The notes beneath the pieces were generated by a model. It saw nothing but the letters and a program-made list of their open reading frames with translations. It was not told the origin of the DNA and did no database searches. From positions 408,286 to 472,285 of the forward strand of contig NIVC01000598.1 in assembly GCA_002269645.1 (NCBI GenBank): a stretch of 64,000 bases of DNA. Direction: 5' to 3'. The translations under genes and the position numbers were made by a program. The DNA comes from Macrostomum lignano. Its lineage: Eukaryota. Shown here one piece after another: positions 35,108-47,700 of the stretch (position 1 is its first letter; each line of letters begins with the position of its first letter).

Positions 35108-38100
35108 ATGAGTACAGCGGTGGACTCAGCTCAGCTTCAGCCTCCTGTTCAACTCTCTGGAAATGGCGCTGCACCGCCTGCCACCGCCCCGTTCAAGCCG
35201 CCACCGTTGGCTCCAATATTCGAGCCGACTGTGGAAGAGTTCCAAGACTTCTACGGCTACCTGGAGTCCATCGCCCCTGTTGTAGTTCACACCGGCATCT
35301 GCAAGATCCGGCCGCCTAAGGATTGGAATCCGCCATTCGGCCTCGACGTCGCCACTTTCCGTTTTAAGCCTCGAGTGCAACGGCTGAACGAGCTCGAAGC
35401 CGAATCTCGGGTGAAGCTGAACTTTCTCGATCAGCTGGCCAAGTTCTGGGATTTGCAGGGCGTCCGACTGCGCGTCCCCAATGTTGACAGGAGGCATCTG
35501 GACCTGCACCGGCTCTACAATGTTGTGCGCCAGCTTGGCGGCTACCAGGAGGTCACCAGCTCCAAGCTGTGGTCCAAGGTGGCAGGCGCCATGGGTCACA
35601 AGCAGGCTGGGAAATCGCTAGCCAGCCAGCTGAAGTTTCATTATCAGAAAATTCTGCTGCCGTTCGATCTGTTGAAGTCGGGCAGTCAGGCGGCCAAGAC
35701 TGCGGCGCCGCCGGCTCCTGCTGTCAAGACTGTTGAGCGACAGGCGTCAGCTCCGTTGTCCGATGCTGGTAACTGGGACCGTTGTTTAATGCTTTGCTGG
35801 ATGGGTTTGTGTTGTGTGTCAGGATATTGTGTGTGTAATGTTTCAGGATATTGTGTGTGTAATGTGTCAGGATATTGTGTGTGTAATGTTTCAGGATATT
35901 GTGTGTGTAATGTGTCAGGATATTGTGTGTGTAATGTGTCAGGATATTGTGTGTGTAATGTTTCAGGATATTTTTGTGTACTTTGTCAGGATATTGTGTG
36001 TAATGTGTCAGGATATTGTGTGTAATGTGTCAGGATATTGTGTGTGTAATGTGTCAGGATATTGTGTGTACTGTTTCAGGATATTGTGTGTGTAATGTTT
36101 CAGGATATTGTGTGTACTGTGTCAGGATATTGTGTGTGTAATGTTTCAGGATATTGTGTGTACTGTGTCAGGATATTGTGTGTGTAATGTTTCAGGATAT
36201 TGTGTGTACTGTGTCAGGATATTGTGTGTGTAATGTTTCAGGATATTGTGTGTACTGTGTCAGGATATTGTGTGTGTAATGTGTCAGGATATTGTGTGTG
36301 TAATGTGTCAGGATATTGTGTGTGTAATGTTTCAGGATATTTTTGTGTACTTTGTCAGGATATTGTGTGTAATGTGTCAGGATATTGTGTGTACTGTGTC
36401 AGGATATTGTGTGTGTAATGTTTCAGGATATTGTGTGTACTGTGTCAGGATATTGTGTGTGTAATGTGTCAGGATATTGTGTGTACTGTGTCAGGATATT
36501 GTGTGTGTAATGTGTCAGGATATTGTGTGTGTAATGTTTCAGGATATTGTGTGTACTGTGTCAGGATATTGTGTGTGTAATGTGTCAGGATATTGTGTGT
36601 ACTGTTTCAGGATATTGTGTGTGTAATGTGTCAGGATATTGTGTGTAATGTGTCAGGATATTGTGTGTACTGTGTCAGGATATTGTGTTGTCTGTCAGGA
36701 TATTGTGTGTTGTCTGTCAGGATATTGTGTTGTGTGTCAGGATGTTGTGTTGTGTGTCAGGATGTTGTGTGTTGCCTGTCAGGATATTGTGTGTTGTCTG
36801 TCAGGATATTGTGTGTTGTCTGTCAGGATATTGTGTGTTTTCTGTCAGGATGTTGTGTGTTGTCTGTCAGGATATTGTGTGTTGCCTGTCAGGATATTGT
36901 GTTGTGTGTCAGGATCTTGTGTGTCATTATATTGTGCGTGCTGTGTGTCAGGATATGCCGATTGTGTGAGCTCTAGCAATGTATACTGCATCAATATTAT
37001 TTAACACAAAAGCATGACGCATAGCCCGTGTCTACTAACAGCAGTTTAAACGAACATTGCATAATCTTTGAAATACAGAGGCGGGCCGCTGTCAGCGCAA
37101 CGGCCGGGCCCTTCGTCAGGCCGCGGCAGCCGCAGACGATGCCCGCCGAATGCAGCTGTGGTCCAGCCCGATTAAGCGGCCGCCGTCGCCGCAGCCGGCT
37201 ACGACACCGTCGTCGACTTCTTCAACGACAACTACGGCTACGAAATCAACGGCGAGGGCCAAGCGGAGCAACAGTGGAGTTGGCGGCGGCTGGCTAAACA
37301 GCCTGCTGTGCAGGGAGTGCCGCCGAGGCGACCAGGTGATGATCTGCCTGTCTGTCTGTCTGTCTGTCTGTCTGTCTGCCTGCCTGTCTGTCTGCCTGTC
37401 TGTCTGTCTGTCTGTGTCTGTCTGTGTTACTGTCTGTGTGTTTACTTGGACCTTTCGTCGGTTCAGTTGCCGCATTAGCTGGACCTTTCGGTTTAGGTGG
37501 ACAGCGTAGGTGGACCACCGAATAACTTTGCTCCAGACAACGTTGAGTGGTTTATAAAATCCACAAAACAGAGCAATGGATGTCAGGAATGAGTGCCGCA
37601 AAGCGCAACATTCATCGGCATTCATGTTCAGAAAAAAATGCATTTCAGTTTACATGGACTTTTTGCGATGTCCACCTAAACCGGGTCTGAAAGGTCCAGC
37701 TAAACAAAAATTGTCAATGAAAATTTCTGAATTTGTCTGTTGCAGTCTGTTTCAGTCTGTTTCAGTCTGTTGGCAATTTACCTTTTTACAACATCTTTTA
37801 CGCCAAAAAAGTAATATATTTAATTTCCGTGATCTTAAATTAGGCACACACGGCTTTGTTGAGCTTTCTTCAAAGCCTTCCCACGGTTTTGTGCCCGAAA
37901 AATATTCGAATGACGGTTCCTTTATCACGTTAGCTGCTGATAGTATTTTAAATAGATATTGTATCCTATAGGCCTATCGACTTTCCTTCTTTTAGATTCC
38001 TTTTGATATTTGATATTTATAAAAGTGTCGAACCACAATAAGAAATAATCCTGGTGGAGAGTTTCGGCCTTGAGAAGAAGGTTCTGCTCTCAGATCCCTG

Positions 38101-41100
38101 TTTAGGGGTGGGGAAGCACCAAACCAAGCTCAAAGCGAAGGTCTGATATTTTTTATTTTAGTTTAGCCTGGGTCCCACTAAACACAGTTGCACGCACATC
38201 AAATCGTCTGTTGAGGTCCATGTAAACGAAACTCGAAGCGCACAACACAGTCACACAGACTAGTGCTGCATTGGTTAAGGACTGATTTCGGAGAGGTGGT
38301 AAAAATCGGACCACCCCTACTGGGAATGCCAGCCAATAGGAGCAGTCCAAGGGACAGACAGTCCGTCGACTAAACGAGTCAGAGAGGGGCAGAGCTATAA
38401 AAGTGAAAACCTTTGGTCTAGCTAAAACAGGCTTACATGGACCACATAATTTCTCGGATAGACTGAAACATTCAACTGAACTGTCAATATTCAATGCACG
38501 AGAAGACACGAATGTCTCGCAGGAGATATCCCAATAACACAGAGTCCCGGAGAGGTGCAACAGTAACAGATGTTACATCAAGTGGACTGGATACCTAAGG
38601 TAAGCATAAAATGAAAAGATTCAATTTAAAAGATTGACTTCCTCGCATTCTAATTCTCTAGTAAAACCAAGCCTTTGGATTACTACGTAGCTAATAAAAC
38701 AACACACGACTTTTAGATTTAACAATACTTCGGAGCCAGTGAAAAATGTTTTCGACGACGTTTTTGAAAAATTGCATTGAAATTGCAGTAAGTACCAAAA
38801 CGAAGTGTTATTTAGGACGAAAAAATGATAAACTTTAGTAAAGAGCCTCAATAAGAACCTACTCAATCGAAATTTCAGAAAGATGTTTTCCTGCCAGACC
38901 AAAAAGCAAAATCTACCAGGTAAGCAAATCGGTGCACATACAACTTAAGCTGGTCCAGCTAACCTACAGACTGTACTGACGCCACTGAGCCAGTCTGTTT
39001 AAGAGCCTTACAGATGGGAGGTGAAATTCAAGTTTAGGAGGTCCAGCTAACCGACAGACTGTACTGACACCAATATGCCAGTCTGTTTCAAAGTCTCAGT
39101 AGAATCAAAGTATCAGTTGTAAACTGTCAATCCTGAATTCTCGTATAAATGCCAAATTTGACAGGCCCAGTCTGGAGACGGCAAGTCAGCTTTGATGCAG
39201 ACAAGTGACGCAAGCAACTCCAGCAAGATATCGACCAAGACTTTAAAGGCCAAGAGCCATTAAGTCGACTATAGGCTGACGCCTCACGTCTGGACACCTC
39301 TAAGAAGTCGGCTGAGGCACCTGAGACGCTGGTCAGTCCGGTAGACAGACGTGTTGCCTCATCGTAGTTCAGTCATCGGACGAGATTGAATCTACTGTGG
39401 TGAGCTTGCTGCAAAAGTGTTCAGATTTGGTTTATCCTATTCTAATTGAACTGGTCCAGCTAATCTACAGACTGTACTGACGCAACTGATCCAGTCTGTT
39501 TAGGAGCCTCACAGATGGAGGTGGAATTCAAGTTTAGGTGGTCCAGCTAACCTACAGACTGCACTGACGCAACTGATCCAGTCTGTTTAAGAGCCTCACA
39601 GATGGGAGGTGGAATTCAAGTTTAGGTGGTCCAGCTAACCTACAGACTGCACTGACGCAACTGAGCCAGTCTGTTTAAGAGCCTCAAAGATGGGGTGGAA
39701 TTCAAGTTTAGGAGGTCCAGCTAACCTACAGACTGCACTGACGCAACTGAGCCAGTCTGTTTAAGAGCCTCACAGATGGGGTGGAATTCAAGTTTAGGAG
39801 GTCCAGCTAACCTACAGACTGCACTGACGCAACTGAGCCAGTCTGTTGAAGAGCCTCACCAATAGGAGGTAGAATTCAAGTCCAGGAGGTCCAGCTAACC
39901 TACAGACTGTACGGACACCAATATGCCAGTCTGTTTCAAAGTCTTAGTAGAATCAAAGTATCAGTTGTAAACTGTCAATCCTGAATTCTCGTATAAATGC
40001 CAAATTTGACAGGCCCAGTTTGGAGACGGCAAGTCAGCTTTGATGCAGACGAGTGACGCAAGCAACTCCAGCAAGATATCAACCAAGACTTTAAAGGCCA
40101 AGAGCCATTGAATCGATTATAGGCTGACATTTCACGTCTGGACACCTGTAAAAAGTTTGCTGAGGCACCTGAGACGCTGTTCAGTCTGATGGACAGACGT
40201 GTTGCCTCATCTCAGTTCAGTCATCGGACGAGATTGAATCTACTGTGGTGAGCTTGCTGCAAAAGTGTTCAGATTTGGTTTATCCTATTCTAATTGAACT
40301 GGTCCAGCTAACCTACAGACTGCACTGACGCAACTGAGCCAGCCTGTTTAGGAGCCTCACAGATGGGAGGTGGAATTTAATTTTAGGTGGTACAACTAAC
40401 CTACAGACTGCACTGACGCAACTGAGCCAGTCTGTTGAAGAGCCTCACAGATGGGAGGTGGAATTCAAGTTTAGGAGGTCCAGCTAACCTACAGACTGCA
40501 CTGACGCAACTGAGCCAGTCTGTTGAAGAGCCTCACAGATGGGAGGTGGAATTTAATTTTAGGTGATACAACTAACCTACAGACTGCACTGACGCAACTG
40601 AGCCTGTCTGTTGAAGAGCCTCACAGATGGGAGGTGGAATTCAAGTTTAGGTGGTCCAGCTAACCTACAGACTGCACTGACGCAACTGAGCCAGTCTGTT
40701 TAGGAGCCTCACAGATATTCAAAGTTTAGGAGGTCCAGCTAACCTACAGACTATACTGACGCCACTGTTCCTGTCTGTTTCAAAGTCTCAGTAGGATATC
40801 AGTTGTAAATTCTCAATCCTGAATTCTTGTATAAATGTCAAATTTGACAGGCCCAGTCTGGAGATGGCAAGTCAGCTTTGATGCAGACGAGTGACGCAAG
40901 CAACTCTGGAAAGATGTCGACCAATACTTCAAAGGCAAAGAGCCATTGAGTCGACTATAGGCTGAGACCTCACATCTGGACACCTCCCAAAAAAGTTTGC
41001 TGAGGCACCTGAGACGCTGGTCAGTCCGGTGGACAGATGTGGTGAGCTTGCTGCAAAATTGTTCAGATTTGGCTTATCCTTTTCTACGCTCGTACATGTA

Positions 41101-44019
41101 ATTGAACTGGTCCAGCTAACCTACAGACTGCACTGACGCAACTGAGCCAGTCTGCTTAAGAGCCTCACAGATAGGAGGTGGAATTCAAGTCCAGGAGGTC
41201 CAGCTAACCTACAGACTGTACTGACGCCACTGAGCCAGTCTGTTTAGGAGCCTCACAGATGGGAGGTGAAATTCAAGTCCAGGAGGTCCAGCTAACCTAC
41301 AGACTGCACTGACGCCACTGAGCCAGTCTGTTTATGAGCCTCACAGATATTCAAGTTTAGGTGGTCCAGCTAAACTACAGACTGCACTGACGCCACTGAG
41401 CCAGTCTGTTTATGAGCCTCACAGATATTCAAGTTTAGGTGGTCCAGCTAAACTACAGACTGCACTGACGCAACTGAGCCAGTCTGTTTAAGAGCCTCAC
41501 AGATAGGAGGTGAAATTCAAGTCCAGGAGGTCCAGCTAACCTACAGACTGCACTGACGCAACTGAGCCAGTCTGTTTATGAGCCTCACAGATATTCAAGT
41601 TTAGGTGGTCCAGCTAAACTACAGACTGCACTGACGCAACTGAGCCAGTCTGTTTAGGAGCCTCACAGATGGGAGGTGGAATTCAAGTCCAGGAGGTCCA
41701 GCTAACCTACAGACTGTACTGACGCAACTGAGCCAGTCTGTTTCAAAGTCTCAGTAGGATATCAGTTGTAAATTCTCAATCCTGAATTCTCGTATAAATG
41801 TCAAATTTGACAGGCCCAGTCTGGAGATGGCAAGTCAGCATTGATGCAGACGAGTGACGCAAGCAACTCTGGAAAGATGTCGACCAATACTTCAAAGGCC
41901 AAGAGCCATTGAGTCGACTATAGGCTGAGACCTCACGTCTGGACACCTGTAAAAAGTTTGCTGAGGCACCATAGACGCTGTTCAGTCTGGTGGACCGACG
42001 TGTTGCCTCATCTCAGTTCAGTCATTAGACGAGATTGAATCTACTGTGGTGAGCTTGCTGCAAAAGTGTTCAGATTTGGTTTATCCTATTCTAATTGAAC
42101 TGGTCCAGCTAACCTACAGACTGTACTGACGCAACTGAGCCAGTCTGTTTAGGAGCCTCACAGATGGGGTGGAATTCAAGTTTAGGAGGTCCAGCTGACC
42201 TACAGACTATACTGACACCAATATGCCAGTCTGTTTCAAAGTCTCAGTAGAATATCAGCTGTAAACTGTCAATCCTGAATTCTCGTATAAATGTCAAATT
42301 TGACAGGCCCAGTCAGGAGACGGCAAGTCAGCTTTGATGCAGACGAGTGACGCAAGCAACTCTGGCAAAATGAAGACTAGTTTTTTGTGCTCAACCGCAA
42401 TAGTTTGTTTACGATGATATTGACTGCGACAGCTTGTGGCTTTCTGTGAGATGATTCCGCTATCCTTCGTAACATGTCTTGTCCGTCCGTTAAAATTTTT
42501 TTTATTGTTCAAAAATTGAGTGGAAAGTTGTTCTATTGTAATACGTGAAATTTATTGGGCAAATGTATTTATTAATTATCATCGTCAATCTACTTGCTTT
42601 TTTTGGCACATAATTGGGACGTTAAGTGTGTTTCTTTAGATTTATCATTATTCTAGTGCACTACAAATATGAATTTCTGCTATTTAAACTTTTGCTTGGC
42701 CGTTAATTTGCACTTGTAACTATTTTTCTCGGCCTAAAAATTAGTTGCATTTGATTCATTAGTTTTTAATGAGGATGATCGGTTCTTGAGTCTGGAGCAA
42801 AGTAGAACTGAATGCATTATTTGCACTTTATTACATATTTTGTATTTGGGGCTTCCGTCACGTGACTTTTTAGTGTTTTTTCTCGTGCTTAACAGTACTG
42901 GGTCGATAATAATCCCAGTACTCTGCTAAATAAATGATGGTCCACCTAAACGGTGTCTTTTTGAAGGTCCACCTAAAACAGGTCCGGGCTGGTCCAGCTA
43001 TCCCAGTTGAAAGTGACATGCAGTTTCCACGAGATGGCTAATCTGCAGGCTAAACTGAAAGACAACCCACGCTAACTTTTCGTGTAGAGACAAAAGACAC
43101 CGGTTTTATAGCGAAACTAGGTGGTCCACCTAATGCATTAACAAAACTCTGGTCCCGCTAAACACACAGACAGCGGTATGTCTGTCTGCCTGTCTGTGTC
43201 TGTCTGTCTGTGTCTGCTTGTCTGTGTCTGCTTGTCTGTGTCTGTCTGTCTGTCTGTCTGTCTGTGTCTGCCTGTCTGTCTGCCTGTCTGTGTCTGTCTG
43301 CCTGTGTCTGCCTGTCTGTGTCTGTGTCTGTCTGTGTCTGCCTGTCTGTGTCTGTCTGTCTGTGTCTGCCTGTCTGTGTCTGCCTGTCTGTCTGCCTGTC
43401 TGTGTCTGTCTGTCTGTGTCTGCTTGTCTGTGTCTGCTTGTCTGTGTCTGTCTGTCTGTCTGTCTGTGTCTGCCTGTCTGTCTGCCTGTCTGTGTCTGTC
43501 TGTCTGTGTCTGCCTGTCTGTGTCTGCCTGTCTGTCTGCCTGTCTGTGTCTGTCTGTCTGTGTCTGTCTGTCTGTGTCTGCCTGTCTGTGTCTGCTTGTC
43601 TGTGTCTGTCTGTGTCTGTCTGTCTGTGTCTGTCTGTCTGTGTCTGCCTGTCTGTGTCTGCCTGTCTGTCTGCCTGTCTGTGTCTGTCTGTCTGCCTGTC
43701 TGTGTCTGTCTGTCTGTGTCTGCTTGTCTGTGTCTGCTTGTCTGTGTCTGTCTGTCTGTCTGTCTGTGTCTGCCTGTCTGTCTGCCTGTCTGTGTCTGTC
43801 TGCCTGTCTGTGTCTGTCTGCCTGTGTCTGTCTGCCTGTGTCTGTCTGTCTGTGTCTGCCTGTCTGTGTCTGTCTGTCTGTGTCTGTCTGCCTGTCTGTC
43901 TGCCTGTCTGTGTCTGTCTGCCTGTCTGTGTCTGTCTGCCTGTCTGTCTGTGTTAGTAGCTTTCTGTTTGTCTATCTGCCTGTCTGTCTATGTACTTATG
44001 CCTGCCTGCCCGTCTGTCG

Positions 44020-44056
<37 letters not shown>

Positions 44057-47000
44057 AACGCGCTCTGCCCCCTTCCTCACCCAGGAGTCGGTGCTGCTCA
44101 TCTGCGAAGGCTGCGAGGCCCCCTACCACACGTTTTGCCTGTATCCGCCCCTGCCCGATGTGCCACCCGGCGACTGGCGCTGCCCCCGCTGCGTGTCAGA
44201 GACCATCGCCTCGGCGCCGCGGCCGGCAGAGTACGGCTTTGAGCAGTCCCGCACCGAGTACTCACTAGCGGACTTCGGCGCAATGGCCGACGAATTCAAG
44301 CGGAACTACTTTGCCGCTCAGGAGTCGTTCAGTAACAATGCCTCAGGCGGCGGCTCCAGTCAGGTGCCGCTGGACCAAGTTGAGGCGGAGTTCTGGCGCC
44401 TGCTGCAGTCGCTAAGCGAATCGGTGTCTGTGGAGTACGGGGCCGACATTCACAGCAGCGTGTGCGGCAGCGGCTTCCCCACACGAGGCTGCGCCATTCC
44501 GGCGACCCTGTCTGGTGGCAAGCCGACTTCGAAGCTGGCAGCCGAGTGGCGAGCTCACTCGGAGCACCCGTGGAATTTGAACAACCTGCCGCTGGGCGAC
44601 TCGGGCCTGCTGCGGTTCCTTCGCCAGGACATTAACGGCATGGTGATTCCCTGGTGCTATGTTGGCATGCTGTTCTCGGCATTCTGCTGGCATATCGAGG
44701 ACCACTGGTCCTACTCGATCAACTACCTGCACTGGGGCGACCCCAAGACCTGGTACGGGGTGCCCAGCGCCTCTGCGCCCGCTCTGGAGACCGCTATGCG
44801 CGAGGAGGCTGGAGAACTATTCGAAAGATCGCCAGATCTGCTGCATCATATTACTACGATTATGAATCCGGCAAAATTGATGGCCAAAGGTGTGCCAGTG
44901 TACCGCATCGATCAGGAGGCTGGCGACTTCGTCATCACATTCCCCAGGGCCTATCACGCCGGCTTTAATCAGGGCTTCAACTTTGCCGAGGCCGTTAATT
45001 TCTGCTCACCCAGCTGGCTGCCTATGGGCCGCGAGTGCGTTGAAAAGTACATTGAAGTGCGCCGGCCTTGCGTGTTCAGCCACGAGGAGCTGGTGTGCAA
45101 TATGGCCGCCGAGATTGACGAGCTAACTGCCGACCAGGCCGAGTTTCTGCTCGATGAGATCAAGGTTAGTCTGACCGTAAATATTGTCTTTAGATTGCTT
45201 TCGAATCGCCTGAAATTCCTGAACTGTCTTCAAAATCACAGTCTGGAATCGCCCTCAGGTCACCTTAAAGATAGCTGTCAGTTGTTCCTCAGCAACTGCT
45301 CTCTCAGTATATAATCTCCCCTAAAGAATCGCCCTCCAAATCCACCTAAAGAATCCCCCTAAAGAATCGCCCTCCAACATCCCTATAGGAATATCCCATA
45401 AAGAATCGCCCTCCAACTCCCCTTTAGGAATATCCCTAAAGAATCTCCCCTAAAGAATCCCCTTCAATCCACCTAAAGAATCTCCCCTAATGAATCCCCT
45501 CCAATCCACCTAGAGAATCTCCCCTAAAGAATCGCCCTCCAACTCCCCCTTTAGGAATATCCCTAAAGAATCTCCCCTAAATAATCGCCCTCCAATCCAC
45601 CTGAAGAATCTCCCCTAAAGAATCCCCTTCAATCCACCTAAAGAATCGCCTTCAATCCACCTAAAGAATCTCCCCTAAAGAATCCCTTCTAATCCACCTA
45701 AAGAATCTCCCTTAAAGAATCGCCCTCCAAATCCACCTAAAGAATCTCACCTAAAGAATCGCCATCCAATCCACCTAAAGAATCTCCCCTGAAGAATCCC
45801 CTTCAATCCACCTAAAGAATCTCACCTAAAGAATCGCCTTCCAATCGGCCCCAAATAACCTCTTATTAACCCAAATCACTCTTAAAGCATTGCCCCTAAC
45901 CAGTCGAATGCCATTGAACAACCGCAGGAGCTGCAGCCGCGCCTCGCGGACCTGACCAAGACCGTCGCTTCAGTCGGCATCGAGGCGAGCCAGCGCGAAA
46001 AATTCGAATGCCTGCCAGATGATGACAGGCAGTGCAGCGTCTGCAACACCACGCTGTACATCTGCGGCGTCCAGTGCACCTGCCAGCGGCGCCGACTGGT
46101 GTGCGCCCGGCATCCTGACGAGCTGCTCTGCGACGGCAAAGACTGCCGACGAAAGCCGCAGTGCCACCGGCTGGTGTACCGGCACACCGAGGAGGAGCTG
46201 CTTGCCATGACTCAGGCGGTGTCAAATCGGTGCGATCAGCTGGCCGACTGGCGCCGTCAGGCCGACTCGATTCTGGCGCAAGGAGCCGACAAGGATCTGC
46301 CCGATCGGTCGGTCTTGGAGTCGCTAGAGCGGCAGGCCGTCCAGCTGAGAGTGTCGCAGTCCTGCGCCAGGCTTCGCAGACTTCGCGGCGCTCTGCGCAT
46401 GGCCGATCGCGCGGCCGGCGTTCTGCGCCTGCTGCTGCGCGCGCCGGATCCCGGCGCTGGCGCCTCCGGCCGCATCAGCGAATCGGCATTTCGGGCTTTG
46501 GACGCCAAACTGCGCGAACTGCCTTGCCGACTGGCCGAGGGCGTCGAATTTGAGCAGCTTCGGGATCGAGTCGAGTCCTGGCGCTCTCGAGCTCGGCAAG
46601 TCCTGGCCAACCCGGCCGCCAGCTGCGACTCTGTGTCCGGCCTGCTTTCCGAGGCCGACAGCTCGCTGCCGGTTGCCATGGACGACGCCGCGGCTTTATC
46701 GGCACTGGGACGCTATCTGGACTGGAAAGCCGAGGCTAGAGCAGCTTTAGGTGTCCATGGCCGGGATGGCGATGAGGCCGAGGGCAAGCAGGACCAGCGC
46801 CCCAGCCTGGCCGATCTCCAACGTCTAGTCGACGAGGCCGCGGCAAACGCCGATGCCGACTCGGCCGCAGCGGACGACGTTGAATTTGTGGACTTGTCGG
46901 CCAAAGTGACCAGCCTGCACCACCAGGCCAGCCGGCTGTCCATGTCGATCCGCGAGTGCCTCGAGCCCGACCGCCAGCCGCAGCCAGACGCGGCCGAGCT

Positions 47001-47471
47001 GGCCCGCCTAGTTGAGGCCGGCCGCGACCTCCGCGTCCGATTGGAGCCGCTGCAGCGCCTGTCCGACCTGCTCATCGCCGCCGCCGACTGGGAGTGCCGG
47101 GCCGACGGCCTGCTGACCGCCGATCTGAAAGACTCGGACAGGCGGCCGAGCCTCGAGGAGTTGGAGAAGCTGGCGGCGGACGGCCGGAGTCTCGGCCTGA
47201 AGCTGGAGCGACTGCCGCAGCTGGAGGCGCTGATCGGGCAGGCCAACGCCTGGCTGGAGCGGGCCTCGAGAAACTTCCTGAAGAAACAGTCACCGCATAG
47301 CCTGCTGCAGGTGCGCTCCTGTCTGTGTGTCTGTCTGTCTGTCTGTCTGTCTGTCTGCCCTTCTGTCTGTCTGTCTGTCTGTGTGTCTGTCTGTCTGTCT
47401 GTCTGTCTTTCTGTCTGCCTGTCTGTCTGTCTGTCTGTCTGTCTGCCCTTCTGTCTGTCTGTCTGTCTGTG

Positions 47472-47536
<65 letters not shown>

Positions 47537-47559
47537 TTCTGTCTGTCTGTCTGTCTTAG

Positions 47560-47612
<53 letters not shown>

Positions 47613-47649
47613 GCCTGTCTGTCTGTCTGTCTGTCTGTCTGTCTGCCCT

Positions 47650-47700
<51 letters not shown>

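Noticed and set aside
38950-42365. CRISPR-like repeat/spacer appearance with palindromic repeats
   Set aside because: The intervening sequences are themselves repeated rather than unique spacers, there are no cas genes, and the context is a eukaryotic intron.
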